From: an uncultured virus (IMG/VR IMGVR_UViG_2517287023_000001) | Taxonomy: Duplodnaviria > Heunggongvirae > Uroviricota > Caudoviricetes | IMG/VR virus record: IMGVR_UViG_2517287023_000001 | Length of the DNA: 64,000 bases | Direction: 5' to 3' (one strand) | Shown here: in pieces, positions 20,323 to 29,925 of the stretch | Layout: every line of letters begins with the position of its first letter | Numbering within the stretch: position 1 is the stretch's first letter | Position numbers and translations under genes: made by a program | Notes under the pieces: model-generated | What the model was told of the DNA's origin: nothing | The model's input: the letters and a program-made list of their open reading frames with translations, nothing else | Databases searched by the model: none

Positions 20323-21633
20323 CTACGAGCCAACCGTGCTGGGCAGCGGTACCGGGTCGGTGATGCGGTAGCGCCACATGGCCTCAGTCGTCACGGCGGC
20401 GTACCGGCCGGCGTCGAGGGCGTGGTCAGCGGCTTTGATGGGGGCGTCGAAACCGGCCTCGGCGGCGGTGGGGTCCCAACTGTAGCCGGGGATCTCGTTG
20501 ATCCAGCCCGTGCAGGAGGCATGGACGCGCAGACGGCCGGTGGCCAGCAGCGACGAGACGGTGCGGATGCCGCGCATGACCTCGTTGTTGGCGAGCACGG
20601 CGTTGATGCCGTCCTTGTAGAGCTGGATACGAAACGACGCGGCGCTTGGGTCCACGATCGTCCATTGCGGTGATACTCCGCGTTGCCGGGTGTGGGGCTG
20701 CTCGATGCCGGCCAGGAAGTCGCGTAGCTGCTCGCTGTACTCGTGGTCGGACAGCTCCCGGCGGCGGGCCTTGGAGTCGTAGTAGAGCTCGTTGGTCAGG
20801 TACAGGATGCCGTCACGGCCGAGCCCGAGCACTTCGGCGGCGAAGGGGTTGACCGTGCCGTAGTCGATACCGAGTCCGAGGTAGGCATCGATCGGTGGCA
20901 GCTCGGTGACGACGTGGTACGACGGGGTCCACGAGGAGTAGACCGCGCCCTCGGCCAGGCACCACCGGCCGAGGATGAACCGGTCGTAGAACAAGCCCGT
21001 GTACTCCGTCTTCACGGCGGCCTTGTAGTCCTCGGTGAGAGACGGGTTGTCGTCCAGGACGAAGTGCCATTGGCGCATGTCCAGGCTGTCTACGCGGAGC
21101 ATGAAGTTCTTGCGGACCCAGTGGGAGGGGCCGTCGGGGTTGGTGGTGGCCAGCAGTTTAGCGCCGGGGACCCGTAGCCGGCTGAGGCACATCGTGAAGA
21201 ACGCCTCGGGGATCAGGGTCAGCTCGTCCACGTAGATCAGGGCCGCGGTCGCGCCGCGGATACGGCCCTCTGCCCGTACGTCGGATGCGCCGATGAGGTG
21301 CACGGTGCGGCCGAAGATTGAGGCGGTGGTCGCGCCTCGGGTGTGGGAGATGTAGCGGGCGAACGGGCCGAACGGTCCGGCGGGCTGCATCAACACCTCG
21401 ATGATGTTGCGTTCCACGGTTTGTAGGGAGCGGCCGACGATGAAGATGAGGCCGTTGTTGGGGGCCCGGACGACAGCGAAGAGCAGCGCGAGTAGCGAGG
21501 CGATCGTTTTGCCGGAGGAGACAGCTCCGGACCACAGGTTGATGCGTGCGGTGCACTCCATGATCGAGCGGATCTGTTTGCGGGACATGATCTGGCAGAT
21601 GCCGGTGAGGTCGATTCCGTGGCGGGACGGCAT
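20323..21633 (-). CDS. terL: Terminase large subunit
   Basis: Walker A GAVSSGKT, Walker B IYVDE, TTNP, RNase H GIDYG, DHALDA.RY. Confidence 0.93.
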   Translation of the reverse strand: MPSRHGIDLTGICQIMSRKQIRSIMECTARINLWSGAVSSGKTIASLLALLFAVVRAPNNGLIFIVGRSLQTVERNIIEVLMQPAGPFGPFARYISHTRGATTASIFGRTVHLIGASDVRAEGRIRGATAALIYVDELTLIPEAFFTMCLSRLRVPGAKLLATTNPDGPSHWVRKNFMLRVDSLDMRQWHFVLDDNPSLTEDYKAAVKTEYTGLFYDRFILGRWCLAEGAVYSSWTPSYHVVTELPPIDAYLGLGIDYGTVNPFAAEVLGLGRDGILYLTNELYYDSKARRRELSDHEYSEQLRDFLAGIEQPHTRQRGVSPQWTIVDPSAASFRIQLYKDGINAVLANNEVMRGIRTVSSLLATGRLRVHASCTGWINEIPGYSWDPTAAEAGFDAPIKAADHALDAGRYAAVTTEAMWRYRITDPVPLPSTVGS

Positions 21634-22181
21634 CAGGGCTCCATGGTGTCGGGACCGCTGTCGGGGCTGGTCGGTGCTTCGTCCTCGGCGACGATGCGGT
21701 GGTAGGCCAGCCCGAGCGCGCCGAACAGGTCGTTGACCATGCTCTTGCCCACCACTGCGCCCTCGTCGCTGTCGTGCTTTTCGAGGGTGAGGGCCTTGTC
21801 GACCGTGATGGCCAGGGAGGTGTAGGCGGCCTGCTGGTCGCGTAGCGGGGGCAGCTTGGTCGTGACCAGTTCGGGGCCGGTAGGTCCGGAGACGACCTGC
21901 GTGTAGGGGTCCCAGGCGCGGGCGCGGAAGCGCTGCGCGTCGTCGTAGAGCTGGGCGATCAGTGTGGCGCGTGCGGCCTTGGCGTCGAACGCGCGCGCAC
22001 GCGCGCCTTTTTCGGCGTGCGACCGGTCGAAGGCGGTGTCGCCGACGGCTTCGCGGGCGATCTTGGTCACGGTGGAGGTGGCCACGCCGTGTTTCGCGGC
22101 GATCTTGTTGCGGGACAGGGTGTTGGTGTGGATGTCGGCGAGGATCGCGGCGCGTACCTCGTCGGGTAGTGGTGCTGGCAC
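21633..22181 (-). CDS. HTH protein, probable terminase small subunit
   Basis: N-terminal HTH (SRNKIAAKHGVATSTVTKIA); TGATG-coupled to TerL. Confidence 0.7.
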   Translation of the reverse strand: MPAPLPDEVRAAILADIHTNTLSRNKIAAKHGVATSTVTKIAREAVGDTAFDRSHAEKGARARAFDAKAARATLIAQLYDDAQRFRARAWDPYTQVVSGPTGPELVTTKLPPLRDQQAAYTSLAITVDKALTLEKHDSDEGAVVGKSMVNDLFGALGLAYHRIVAEDEAPTSPDSGPDTMEP

Positions 22182-22184
22182 GGG

Positions 22185-22616
22185 CTACGGCTCGATCAGG
22201 TGGGGGATCGTGGAGCGGTTGTTCTTGCCGCCGGTGGGGTTGGTGTTGCGGGGGCGGTCTGCGGGGGTGAGGCCGAACTTTTGGGACCAGACTCTGATTT
22301 GGGCGTCGGCGCGGTCGCGGATTTTGAGGACGGGGTTTTCTACGAGGTTGCCGTGGGCGTCGGAGACGACGATGCCGGAGTCGGCGATGAGTTCGTCGGC
22401 GTCGTTGTAGGTGGTGATGGCGGTGCACAGCAGCCGGAAGGCGTGGGTGTCGACGGGGGCTAGTGCGACGGTGATGGTGGGGGCGAGGGCTTCCCAGACG
22501 GCGCGTACGGGGTCGGGAAGGTTTTCTGGGCAGGCCAAGGCGGCCCCCGCATCCGATCCCCCCGTGTGGTCGGTGCTGGGGCCGCCGTTGGCGGTACTGG
22601 TGGTGGTGTCGGCCAT
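22185..22616 (-). CDS. P27-family phage terminase small subunit-like protein
   Basis: LC......DA..LI...G.VV....NP.L.I....FGLTPADR signature. Confidence 0.75.
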   Translation of the reverse strand: MADTTTSTANGGPSTDHTGGSDAGAALACPENLPDPVRAVWEALAPTITVALAPVDTHAFRLLCTAITTYNDADELIADSGIVVSDAHGNLVENPVLKIRDRADAQIRVWSQKFGLTPADRPRNTNPTGGKNNRSTIPHLIEP

Positions 22617-22624
22617 CGGTGGTT

Positions 22625-22745
22625 AGTTCACCGGGCTCCCGGACAGGCCGCTCTGTGCGGTGCTCGCGGCCCGGCGGTTACGGCCGAACAGTCCTCGGGC
22701 GCGTTCGCCGACGCGCCCCATCGCGTTGCGGATGCGTTCGCGCAT
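22625..22745 (-). CDS. Short Arg-rich peptide (MRERIRNAMGRV...)
   Basis: AAGGAGG RBS; ~40 aa between coupled genes. Confidence 0.45.
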
Positions 22746-22748
22746 GGG

Positions 22749-23165
22749 TTATCCCTCCTTCGTCATGTCGATGCCGATACGGGCGGCCACCTCGTACCCG
22801 TCGAGGTATTTGTCTCCGATCTCGATGAGTGGGTGGCCGGTTTCCGCGCCCGCGAGGCGTAGGAACTTTTCTTTGTCTTCGCGGGTGCGGAAGCAGAGGG
22901 CCACCCAGTGCTCGGAGTCGGTGGCCGTGCGGACGCGGTTGTTTTCGGCGCGCATCCGGGCGCGGAAGCCCTCATCCAGGGCCGCGGTTTCGCGGGTGAT
23001 GTCGGCTTCCACGTCGTCGCTGGGTTCGATGCCGGCGAGGGGGTCGGGTTCGGGTTCGGCCTTGAACCGTTGGGTTAGGTCGTGGACTTTGCGGAGTTTG
23101 CCGTTGGCGTTGGCGGCGCTGCCCTTGAGGCGGGCGGCGATCTCCTCGCGGGTGGGTTTGGCCAT
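22749..23165 (-). CDS. Hypothetical partner of the PAPS-reductase-like gene
   Basis: TDSEHWVALCFRTREDKEKFL...DKYLDG; coupled to upstream gene. Confidence 0.65.
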   Translation of the reverse strand: MAKPTREEIAARLKGSAANANGKLRKVHDLTQRFKAEPEPDPLAGIEPSDDVEADITRETAALDEGFRARMRAENNRVRTATDSEHWVALCFRTREDKEKFLRLAGAETGHPLIEIGDKYLDGYEVAARIGIDMTKEG

Positions 23166-24013
23166 CAGCGGGTCACCTTCGGGTACGGGGGTTTGGGTTG
23201 CGATAGGTCCATCAGGGCCAGGTCCACGAGGGGGAACCACGCCTGGATGCGGGCGTAGTCGTCGGGGAAGCGGTCGCGGATCGGTCGGGTGAAGCGGGCG
23301 TCGAGGCCGTCGAAGGAGCGGCCGAACATGTCGTAGTCGACGCTGAGGTGGATGCCTTCCTGCTCGATGGCGGTCATGACGTGGTACTTGCGCCAGTCCC
23401 AGATGGGATGGAGCTTGCGGTGGTTGTGGTTGCGGGGGCCGTGGGAGGCCATTGCGATGCGTCGCATGGGGGAGTCCGCGGCGCGGACGCCGTCGCAGAC
23501 CCAGGCGTCGGCGGGTAGGCCGCAGTGTTCGCGGGCGATCTGCACGACGTGGTGGTAGTCGGGGACGGGGAGGTTCGCGGCGTCGATGACGGCGCATCGT
23601 TCGGGGGGTTGGTAGGTGTAGTGGTGCAGCCAGCGGTAGAAGCTGGGGTTGAGCAGTCGCAGGATGCGGGTGCCGAATTCGCGTTGGAACCATTCCTCGC
23701 AGTAGTCGAGGTATTCGTCTACGAAGGCCAGGCCGCGGAGGCGGCCGTAGACGCGGTGTGACAGTGGGTGTGCGCCGGGGGCTGGTTGGGCTGCGGCGAG
23801 CGTGTAGGGCTGGTTCGGGTCGGGGATGAGGTGCATGTAGTAGGGGTAGACGCGGGCGCCGGCGTCGCGGAGGGCTATGGCGGTGGCCCATGCGTCTTTG
23901 CCGCCGGAGTGGGCGTGGACGACGTCTTTGTCTTTGAGGGAGGCGCGGATTTCTGCGCTGGTTTCTACTCCGTCGATGGCGGATACGGGTTTGCGGGGGT
24001 CGAACACGGTCAT
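23165..24013 (-). CDS. PAPS-reductase-like / PP-loop adenine nucleotide alpha hydrolase
   Basis: SGGKDA PP-loop, DGVRAADS, PIWDW, FGRSFDG. Confidence 0.8.
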   Translation of the reverse strand: MTVFDPRKPVSAIDGVETSAEIRASLKDKDVVHAHSGGKDAWATAIALRDAGARVYPYYMHLIPDPNQPYTLAAAQPAPGAHPLSHRVYGRLRGLAFVDEYLDYCEEWFQREFGTRILRLLNPSFYRWLHHYTYQPPERCAVIDAANLPVPDYHHVVQIAREHCGLPADAWVCDGVRAADSPMRRIAMASHGPRNHNHRKLHPIWDWRKYHVMTAIEQEGIHLSVDYDMFGRSFDGLDARFTRPIRDRFPDDYARIQAWFPLVDLALMDLSQPKPPYPKVTR

Positions 24014-24226
24014 GCGTCAACCTCTCCGAGTCCTGTAAAAGGTGGTAAATGTTCCTTGTTGGTTTCTGATGGCTGGGTTAGATTGTAGGGGATGGATTTT
24101 GAGGGGAGCTGGAACCCCTTAGCCAGTCCGAGAGGAAAAGCCGCTAGGGCATCTCGGCCCGGCGTGGGCCCCCTTCATGGGGCTCGGTGGCGGGCCGGAC
24201 GCCCTGCGAACGGAGAGGAGGTTGGT

Positions 24227-24406
24227 GTGGACACTGAGTGGACGGGTGTAACCGCTCGGGGGGTGGCATGGTCGGTGCGGGTCGAGGATGGCCGAACGGT
24301 TGTTCTGGTCTGTGGCGACAAGACGGTCCGGGGGACGGTTGATCCTGGCGGGAACGCGCGGGGTGCCGCTATGGCGCTGATTGGTGTGCTTGAGGGCCGG
24401 CACTAG
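24227..24406 (+). CDS. Small hypothetical protein
   Basis: GAGGAGG RBS; downstream of cassette promoter at 24036. Confidence 0.45.
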   Translation: MDTEWTGVTARGVAWSVRVEDGRTVVLVCGDKTVRGTVDPGGNARGAAMALIGVLEGRH

Positions 24407-24624
24407 TAGGGCCCGGTCACGGCCGGTGGGTCACCCCCCGCTCCCACGCGAGGAGCGGGGGGTGACTGCTGCCTACCGAGCTTCTGAAGTCGAGTAGGAC
24501 GGACCCCACAAACACGGCCACCCACAAACCGCAAAAGAAGCCTTGACAACTTCTGCTGTCCCGGTTAGTGTAGTGGGTGTTCGGGGCGGGGAGCTGGACC
24601 CCGCCCCCCACCTGAGGGGGAACA

Positions 24625-24840
24625 ATGAGCAGCATCAATCCCGGAGACATGATCGAGTTTCAGGTGGAGAAAGGTTCCCTTCCCATGGTCATGCAGGTAG
24701 TGACCATCACCCTCGCCACGGACTACATGATGATCCAGGGGGTAGTGGAGGACTGCCGGGAAGGGGTAGTGAAGGACCACCAGGAAGTCGTGGTGATCGC
24801 GGGTCCGGATGCGGCAGTCAAGCTTGTTTCCGTCTCCTGA
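24625..24840 (+). CDS. Small beta-rich hypothetical protein
   Basis: Cassette promoter + hairpin + RBS upstream; terminator hairpin downstream. Confidence 0.7.
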   Translation: MSSINPGDMIEFQVEKGSLPMVMQVVTITLATDYMMIQGVVEDCREGVVKDHQEVVVIAGPDAAVKLVSVS

Positions 24841-25053
24841 TCTACACGGTTGCGCCCCCGCTCTGCGCACGCAGGGTGGGGGCGCAACCGTGTGCGCGGC
24901 GTTTCCCCCGGGCCGCTGGATCGCCACCTAAAGAACCCAAGTAAAAGGATCGAAATCCTACTTGCCAACTTCTGTTGTCCCGATTATGGTGGTTGGTGTG
25001 AGGCCGGGGGAGCTGGAACCCCCGACCCGCCCCCCCCCGAAACGAGGTCGAAC

Positions 25054-25410
25054 ATGTCAATGTCGATGCCAGTCCTCAATGATCTTGACCGTGCCCCGGC
25101 CGACCATCAGGTCACACTCAGCCAGATCGGCCGACGCCGACTGCTCCTGTTGGGTGCCCACAAGTTCCGCCACGATGACCCGAAGGGGGAACTTCGATTC
25201 ACCATAGGAGAGGGTTCACGTACCGCGCTGGTGATCGTGGTTCTGAGAGCCGACGACACGTACGGCGTCGAGATCGGGCGGATGCGTCGGCGGCGAGGGG
25301 AAGGACTCCCCTCGTGGAAGACCCTCAAGGTCAAGGAGAGCGGCATCTACTGCGACACCCTCGGGGAAGTCCTGGAGGGGATGTGGAACGAGGCGTACTA
25401 CGGCTCTTGA
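25054..25410 (+). CDS. Hypothetical protein
   Basis: Cassette-driven; DDTY.VE...IYCDTL motif seen in phage hypotheticals. Confidence 0.7.
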   Translation: MSMSMPVLNDLDRAPADHQVTLSQIGRRRLLLLGAHKFRHDDPKGELRFTIGEGSRTALVIVVLRADDTYGVEIGRMRRRRGEGLPSWKTLKVKESGIYCDTLGEVLEGMWNEAYYGS

Positions 25411-25720
25411 GCCTCACCGCATGAGAGGGGCGCTCTGCCGCCCCTCTCATGCGAAGACCCCGCTGGGCCACGCCGGCGCTGGCACGGGCACCCGGAATGG
25501 AATATCGGCTAAGCCCCCGGTCACGGCCGGTCAGTCACCCCCGCTCCTCGCGAGGAGCGGGGGTGACTGCTGTCTACGGAGCTTGCGGGGCCGGGACACC
25601 CCCAAACCCGACCACTTAAAAACATCTAAGGAAGCCTTGATAACTTCTGCTGTCCCGGTTAGTGTAGTGGGTGTCAAGGCGAGGTAGCTGGAACCTCGCC
25701 CCTCAGAGAGGGCCGCGCCC

Positions 25721-26095
25721 ATGCCAATCCCGATCATCGACCTAGAGGAAGTTAAGGCTGACCCGTACGACCGTGACCGCCGCTGGATCAAGTACCAGGG
25801 GGTTTTTGTCCACAGAGTGGATGGCCCGGTCCATAGCCCGGGGTATCCCCACCGGGTGCTGTCGGGGAGGCCGGGCGCACTGCTTTGTGCGGAGCCAATC
25901 ATCGAGTCCTGGCGTGGATCGGAGTGGACGGGCACCGGAACCTGGGAGAGCGGCCAACCGTTCGGCCCGGTGTTGAGCATCGGGGCGATAGTCCAGTTGA
26001 GGTTCCCATTCTGCGGGAACGGCCGCGTTCCCTTCTTCATGTTCCGGATCGTACGGCGTCGCGGGGCTGACCCGATGCTGAGGCCCATTGACTGA
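25721..26095 (+). CDS. Hypothetical protein
   Basis: Cassette-driven, 124 aa. Confidence 0.6.
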   Translation: MPIPIIDLEEVKADPYDRDRRWIKYQGVFVHRVDGPVHSPGYPHRVLSGRPGALLCAEPIIESWRGSEWTGTGTWESGQPFGPVLSIGAIVQLRFPFCGNGRVPFFMFRIVRRRGADPMLRPID

Positions 26096-26313
26096 CTCGC
26101 GGGCAGCCTGCGTCCAAGGCACCCTGCGTGTGAACACCGTACCGCACATGCTCGCCCCGCCCCGGCTTGTCCGGCGGGGCGAGCATGTGCGGTACCCGTC
26201 ACTTTCCCCGCCGGGCGTGCGTTTCTGCCGGGTGCGGTCGTCGGGTCAGCTCCGGCGTTAAGTCTGTGGCTTCCGAGGGCAGATCGGGGCCGCCCTCGGA
26301 AGCCACAGGGCTG

Positions 26314-26820
26314 TCAGGCGTGGGGGATGGGCAACCGCAATTGCCGGCACACGCGGTCGGCCGCATTGTGCGGCATGTATGCGATGCCGACGCCGTGGCC
26401 GTATGGGGTGGCACTCCATGCGCCCGGCCCGGCCATATCGGGAAATACCCGCTGGGCAACGCGGATAGCCGCCGCTTGCTCTTCCTCGTAGGAGCACAGC
26501 GCCTTCTGCCTGACCCCATCCTGATGAGCGGTTATGGTGTTCCCGATCTTGTGCAGGGGGACGGGAACCTCCGCACCAGTTCGGCTACTCCGAATGCGAG
26601 CGAAGGTCAACGTGTAGCCGCGGTTAGTTGCGGTTGCGTACACCCGCACCAATCGGATTCGCTCGATAGTGAGTCCTCTCTGGTTGTTTGTGGTGATGTC
26701 TACCGGGGCTCCCTCAAGGGCCCCGATGAGGTGGCGCATCATCCCCGCCGTCCACATGTTCGGCTCGGTTGGGGGGGTCAGCCCCACATGGGGGAAGTTC
26801 CGAGGTTCGATGTTTTCCAT
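26314..26820 (-). CDS. Hypothetical protein
   Basis: Driven by the minus arm of the divergent cassette at 26891. Confidence 0.7.
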   Translation of the reverse strand: MENIEPRNFPHVGLTPPTEPNMWTAGMMRHLIGALEGAPVDITTNNQRGLTIERIRLVRVYATATNRGYTLTFARIRSSRTGAEVPVPLHKIGNTITAHQDGVRQKALCSYEEEQAAAIRVAQRVFPDMAGPGAWSATPYGHGVGIAYMPHNAADRVCRQLRLPIPHA

Positions 26821-26988
26821 GCGCTCTCCTCTCGGGGTGAAGCGGGATTCCAGCTCTCCCGCCTTACATCCATCACACTAACCGGACCATTAAAAGTTAT
26901 CAAGGCTCCTTGTAAACTTTCTAATGGTCTGGTTAAGTGGTGGGTGTGGGCGGAGTTGGAACCGCTCGCACACCGAGAGGAGGGCCCC

Positions 26989-27336
26989 ATGGCCACGGCA
27001 CACACCTCCCTACCGCTGGTTCCGGCGGCGCTCGCGCAGTACCTGCGCGAGCGGGAGGCCGCGCGCGCGGCAACGCGCGCGGCGGTGAACGAAGCGATCC
27101 GATACGGGGGAGACACACTGCGGGCAGAAGGGCAGGTCCCCTACCCGCGCCTCACCCCCGAGCTGAATGGGCTACAGGTCGAATACGACCGGGCCTATCA
27201 GAGCGCCGCTCGAGCGGCGGCCCGCCAGGGACGCCTTCTCGGTGCGAACCCGACGAAGGTGGCGGCCCTCTGGTCTGATCATCGGCCGAATGGGATGTGT
27301 CCCGTGTGTGCGGCCACCCACGCGGGGTGGTGCTGA
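26989..27336 (+). CDS. Hypothetical protein
   Basis: Driven by the plus arm of the divergent cassette; CCGAGAGGAG RBS. Confidence 0.65.
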   Translation: MATAHTSLPLVPAALAQYLREREAARAATRAAVNEAIRYGGDTLRAEGQVPYPRLTPELNGLQVEYDRAYQSAARAAARQGRLLGANPTKVAALWSDHRPNGMCPVCAATHAGWC

Positions 27337-27585
27337 TCTGCTGCGCCTCGGGCCCACGCCGGGGCGCTCAACCCCACTCACCGATACCGCCGACATCACA
27401 AGGAGGACGGAAGAAGTTGAACAACTATGAGCGCGCCTACAACGAGGAACACGCGGCCGAGCGCATCGAACGGGCTCGTAAGCGCCTGAGCTTCAGGGTG
27501 TGAACCTGACATCCGAGTACGGATCGATGGAGTAGCAACTGGGGTCCTGATCGGAATCCCCCGTCGTAAGCGCGACCTCCCGGCG

Positions 27586-27909
27586 GTGGTCGCCCTGCTC
27601 GACCAAGCCGTCGAGCTGGGGGCCATTCACGGCCGTTGTGACGACGAGGCGGAGATGACTGCCTATCTGCTTGGCAGGCCCATCCCCGATCACGTCGAGT
27701 ATGACATTTCCCCGACTAACGTCCTCACCATGCGTCGCAACGGGATCGTGACCGAATTGCCCCTCCCCAGCGGACTGAAGCCGCTCCAGGTGATAGGTCA
27801 ACTCGCACGGTATCTGCCCGTCGTGTTCGCGATCGCTGGACGCCTCGCCGACGAGGTCGACACCGGCACGAAGCACGCCAGCGACGGCACCGGTTCGGCG
27901 ACCAGTTAG
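27586..27909 (+). CDS. Hypothetical protein
   Basis: 107-aa ORF; start uncertain. Confidence 0.4.
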   Translation: MVALLDQAVELGAIHGRCDDEAEMTAYLLGRPIPDHVEYDISPTNVLTMRRNGIVTELPLPSGLKPLQVIGQLARYLPVVFAIAGRLADEVDTGTKHASDGTGSATS

Positions 27910-28004
27910 GCGGACCCCACCCCCAAGGCCCTGGGGGTGGGGGTTTCCGTCGACGCCCGTCTGTCGCTGTCACGTTGGCCGGCGGGCGGGCCGTTCGTGT
28001 GGCG

Positions 28005-28313
28005 TCAGTCGGCCTCGTGGGGCTGGCTTGTGGCGTTGAGGGCCGCGCGGACCTGCGCCACGGTGGGGACCTGCCAGGCGTGGGGGGCGGCGTGTCGGCG
28101 CCACGCCTCGAAGGCGGCGACGAGGGCCGGGAACTCTCTGCGGATTTTCTCCTGGACGTCGTAGCCGCCGGCCTCGCACGCGGCGAGTAGGTGGGCTGAG
28201 GCGGAGCCGGGCGTTTCGCCGAGTACCCGGGCCAGGATGCGGGTGTCGGCCACCTGGTCGGTGGGGTGCAGGGGTGGCAGGTCGTCGGTCCAGCGGTCAC
28301 AAAGGCCAGGCAT
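28005..28313 (-). CDS. Hypothetical protein
   Basis: GAGGGGA RBS. Confidence 0.55.
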   Translation of the reverse strand: MPGLCDRWTDDLPPLHPTDQVADTRILARVLGETPGSASAHLLAACEAGGYDVQEKIRREFPALVAAFEAWRRHAAPHAWQVPTVAQVRAALNATSQPHEAD

Positions 28314-28475
28314 GGTGGTCCCCTCGTGGGTTGGTTCCTCTCGGTACATCCATCGTGGCTCTTTTCATGATCACAGTAGAAACTGTGTCGCCTTGGCGAC
28401 ACAGTGTGGCGATCGGGTGGCGGGAATCGTTGGCACCGAGAGGAATTCCCCCGATCCCGCTACAAGGAGCATGTC

Positions 28476-28685
28476 ATGACAGCTCGCCCCAATATGTGGT
28501 TTAAGTCCTCCAAGAGTGGGCCCAACTGCGACAACTGCGTCGAAGTGAACTTCGGTGGCGTCGTCGCGGGGATGGCCGCCGTGCGCGACACGAAGGACCG
28601 GCAGGGTTCCGTGCTCGTGGTCGATGTGGCGTCGGTGGCCACGGTCGGCCGTGCTGCCGCGGCCGGGAGGCTGGTAGCCGTCTGA
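28476..28685 (+). CDS. DUF397 family protein
   Basis: WFKSSKS....NCVEV....VRDTKD signature. Confidence 0.9.
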   Translation: MTARPNMWFKSSKSGPNCDNCVEVNFGGVVAGMAAVRDTKDRQGSVLVVDVASVATVGRAAAAGRLVAV

Positions 28686-28872
28686 CCTGGGGATGCCGTG
28701 CGGCCCGCGCCCATGTACGGGGGCGCGGGCCGCATTTTGCCTGTTTTACGGGACACGAAAAGCTATACAGTAAACCTTGTGTCTTTCTATTGGATTCGAT
28801 AGTGTGGTGTCTATCGAAGGGGGCGGTGGAGCTGGAACCACCACTCCCGCAATCCGAGAGGGAGGCGACGCA

Positions 28873-29043
28873 ATGGCACGCAAGGAACCCCAGGGTGGGG
28901 CCACCTCAAAGCCCATCTGCGGCCAGTGCAGTGGTCGTGGCGGCAAGTGGGTGGACAAGAAGGTATCGACCGGCAAGGGCAAGGTGGAGTCCCAGAAACT
29001 TTGGGACACGTGCCCCCGTTGCAAGGGTTCAGGCTGGCTCTGA
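28873..29043 (+). CDS. Small DnaJ-type CxxCxGxG zinc-finger protein
   Basis: CGQCSGRG and CPRCKGSG; cassette-driven. Confidence 0.75.
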   Translation: MARKEPQGGATSKPICGQCSGRGGKWVDKKVSTGKGKVESQKLWDTCPRCKGSGWL

Positions 29044-29062
29044 CCTGACGTACGCTGCGCAC

Positions 29063-29314
29063 ATGGTTGTGTGCCCTCTGTGCAGGGGGGATGGTTGGAT
29101 CTCCCGGGACGTTGCCGCCCTGGGGCCGATCCGGCCGTCCCCCCGTAGCCTGTTCATCATCAACGGCCGCGGATTTGCGAACGTGCCCCCCGGCATGATG
29201 GCTACCGCCCATGTGGCCCACCCGTGCCGCGCATGTCGGGGCCAGGGACGGTGGGGAGCTGACGGGGGAGAGCCCCCAGTCGAGGAACCGCCCCCGGCGG
29301 TCACTCCAACATGA
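29063..29314 (+). CDS. Small CxxCxGxG zinc-finger protein
   Basis: CPLCRGDG and CRACRGQG. Confidence 0.5.
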   Translation: MVVCPLCRGDGWISRDVAALGPIRPSPRSLFIINGRGFANVPPGMMATAHVAHPCRACRGQGRWGADGGEPPVEEPPPAVTPT

Positions 29315-29606
29315 CGCGCTTGCGTCCTACCGGGCTCGCCCCGGTGTCGGCCTCCACCACGGCCACGCCGCCGGGGCCGCTCCACCGGCAGACCGACTCC
29401 CACCGCCCCGAGGACCGGTGGAGAAGGCGTGCCGGGGTGTCCGGGCTCGGCGGAACCGGCCAGCCTTTCGCGGCGGCCAACTCCCCCTTGGTGACCACCG
29501 CGAGCAGCCCACGCCGCCGCCAGTCGCGTAACCGCGCTGGTGTGACCTCCGGAAACCGCGCGCGGATGTCAGATGCCGTGACGTACTCCACGCCGTTGAT
29601 CATCAT
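29301..29606 (-). CDS. MerR/excisionase-like HTH protein
   Basis: YVTASDI......VTPARLRDWRRRGLL. Confidence 0.55.
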   Translation of the reverse strand: MMINGVEYVTASDIRARFPEVTPARLRDWRRRGLLAVVTKGELAAAKGWPVPPSPDTPARLLHRSSGRWESVCRWSGPGGVAVVEADTGASPVGRKRVMLE

Positions 29607-29609
29607 GGC

Positions 29610-29915
29610 TCACACCAGCCCAATCATGCCGCCGGGGTCAGGCCGGCGGCCGTCCGGCAGACAGTGCCCCACGAATGGGCGCAGCCAGCCGGGGACCTGC
29701 GCGAACGTGTCGGCCTGGTGCGCCTGGTAGACCTGGCGGGCGTGCTCACGGCACACGTCGAGGTAGTCGCCGGGTCTCCACCACCGGCCCGCGAGGTGGG
29801 CCAACCGGTGGAACACGAACGCGCGCGTAGCGGTACGGGGACACCCCGGAGCCACGCAGTAGTGCCCCTCCGTGGCACGTGTCCGCAGTGCGTCGGCGAT
29901 CGCTTCCGTGCTCAC
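29610..29915 (-). CDS. Hypothetical Cys-containing protein
   Basis: CVAPGC...VCREH; operonic spacing. Confidence 0.55.
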   Translation of the reverse strand: MSTEAIADALRTRATEGHYCVAPGCPRTATRAFVFHRLAHLAGRWWRPGDYLDVCREHARQVYQAHQADTFAQVPGWLRPFVGHCLPDGRRPDPGGMIGLV

Positions 29916-29925
29916 GAGCGGCCAA

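Noticed and set aside
20323..22428. 701-aa ORF as full-length TerL
   Set aside because: The N-terminal extension is off-frame Arg-rich read-through over two real genes; the true start is about 21633
22749..24020. 423-aa ORF
   Set aside because: Shadow frame of the PAPS-reductase-like gene; only the part from 23165 is credible
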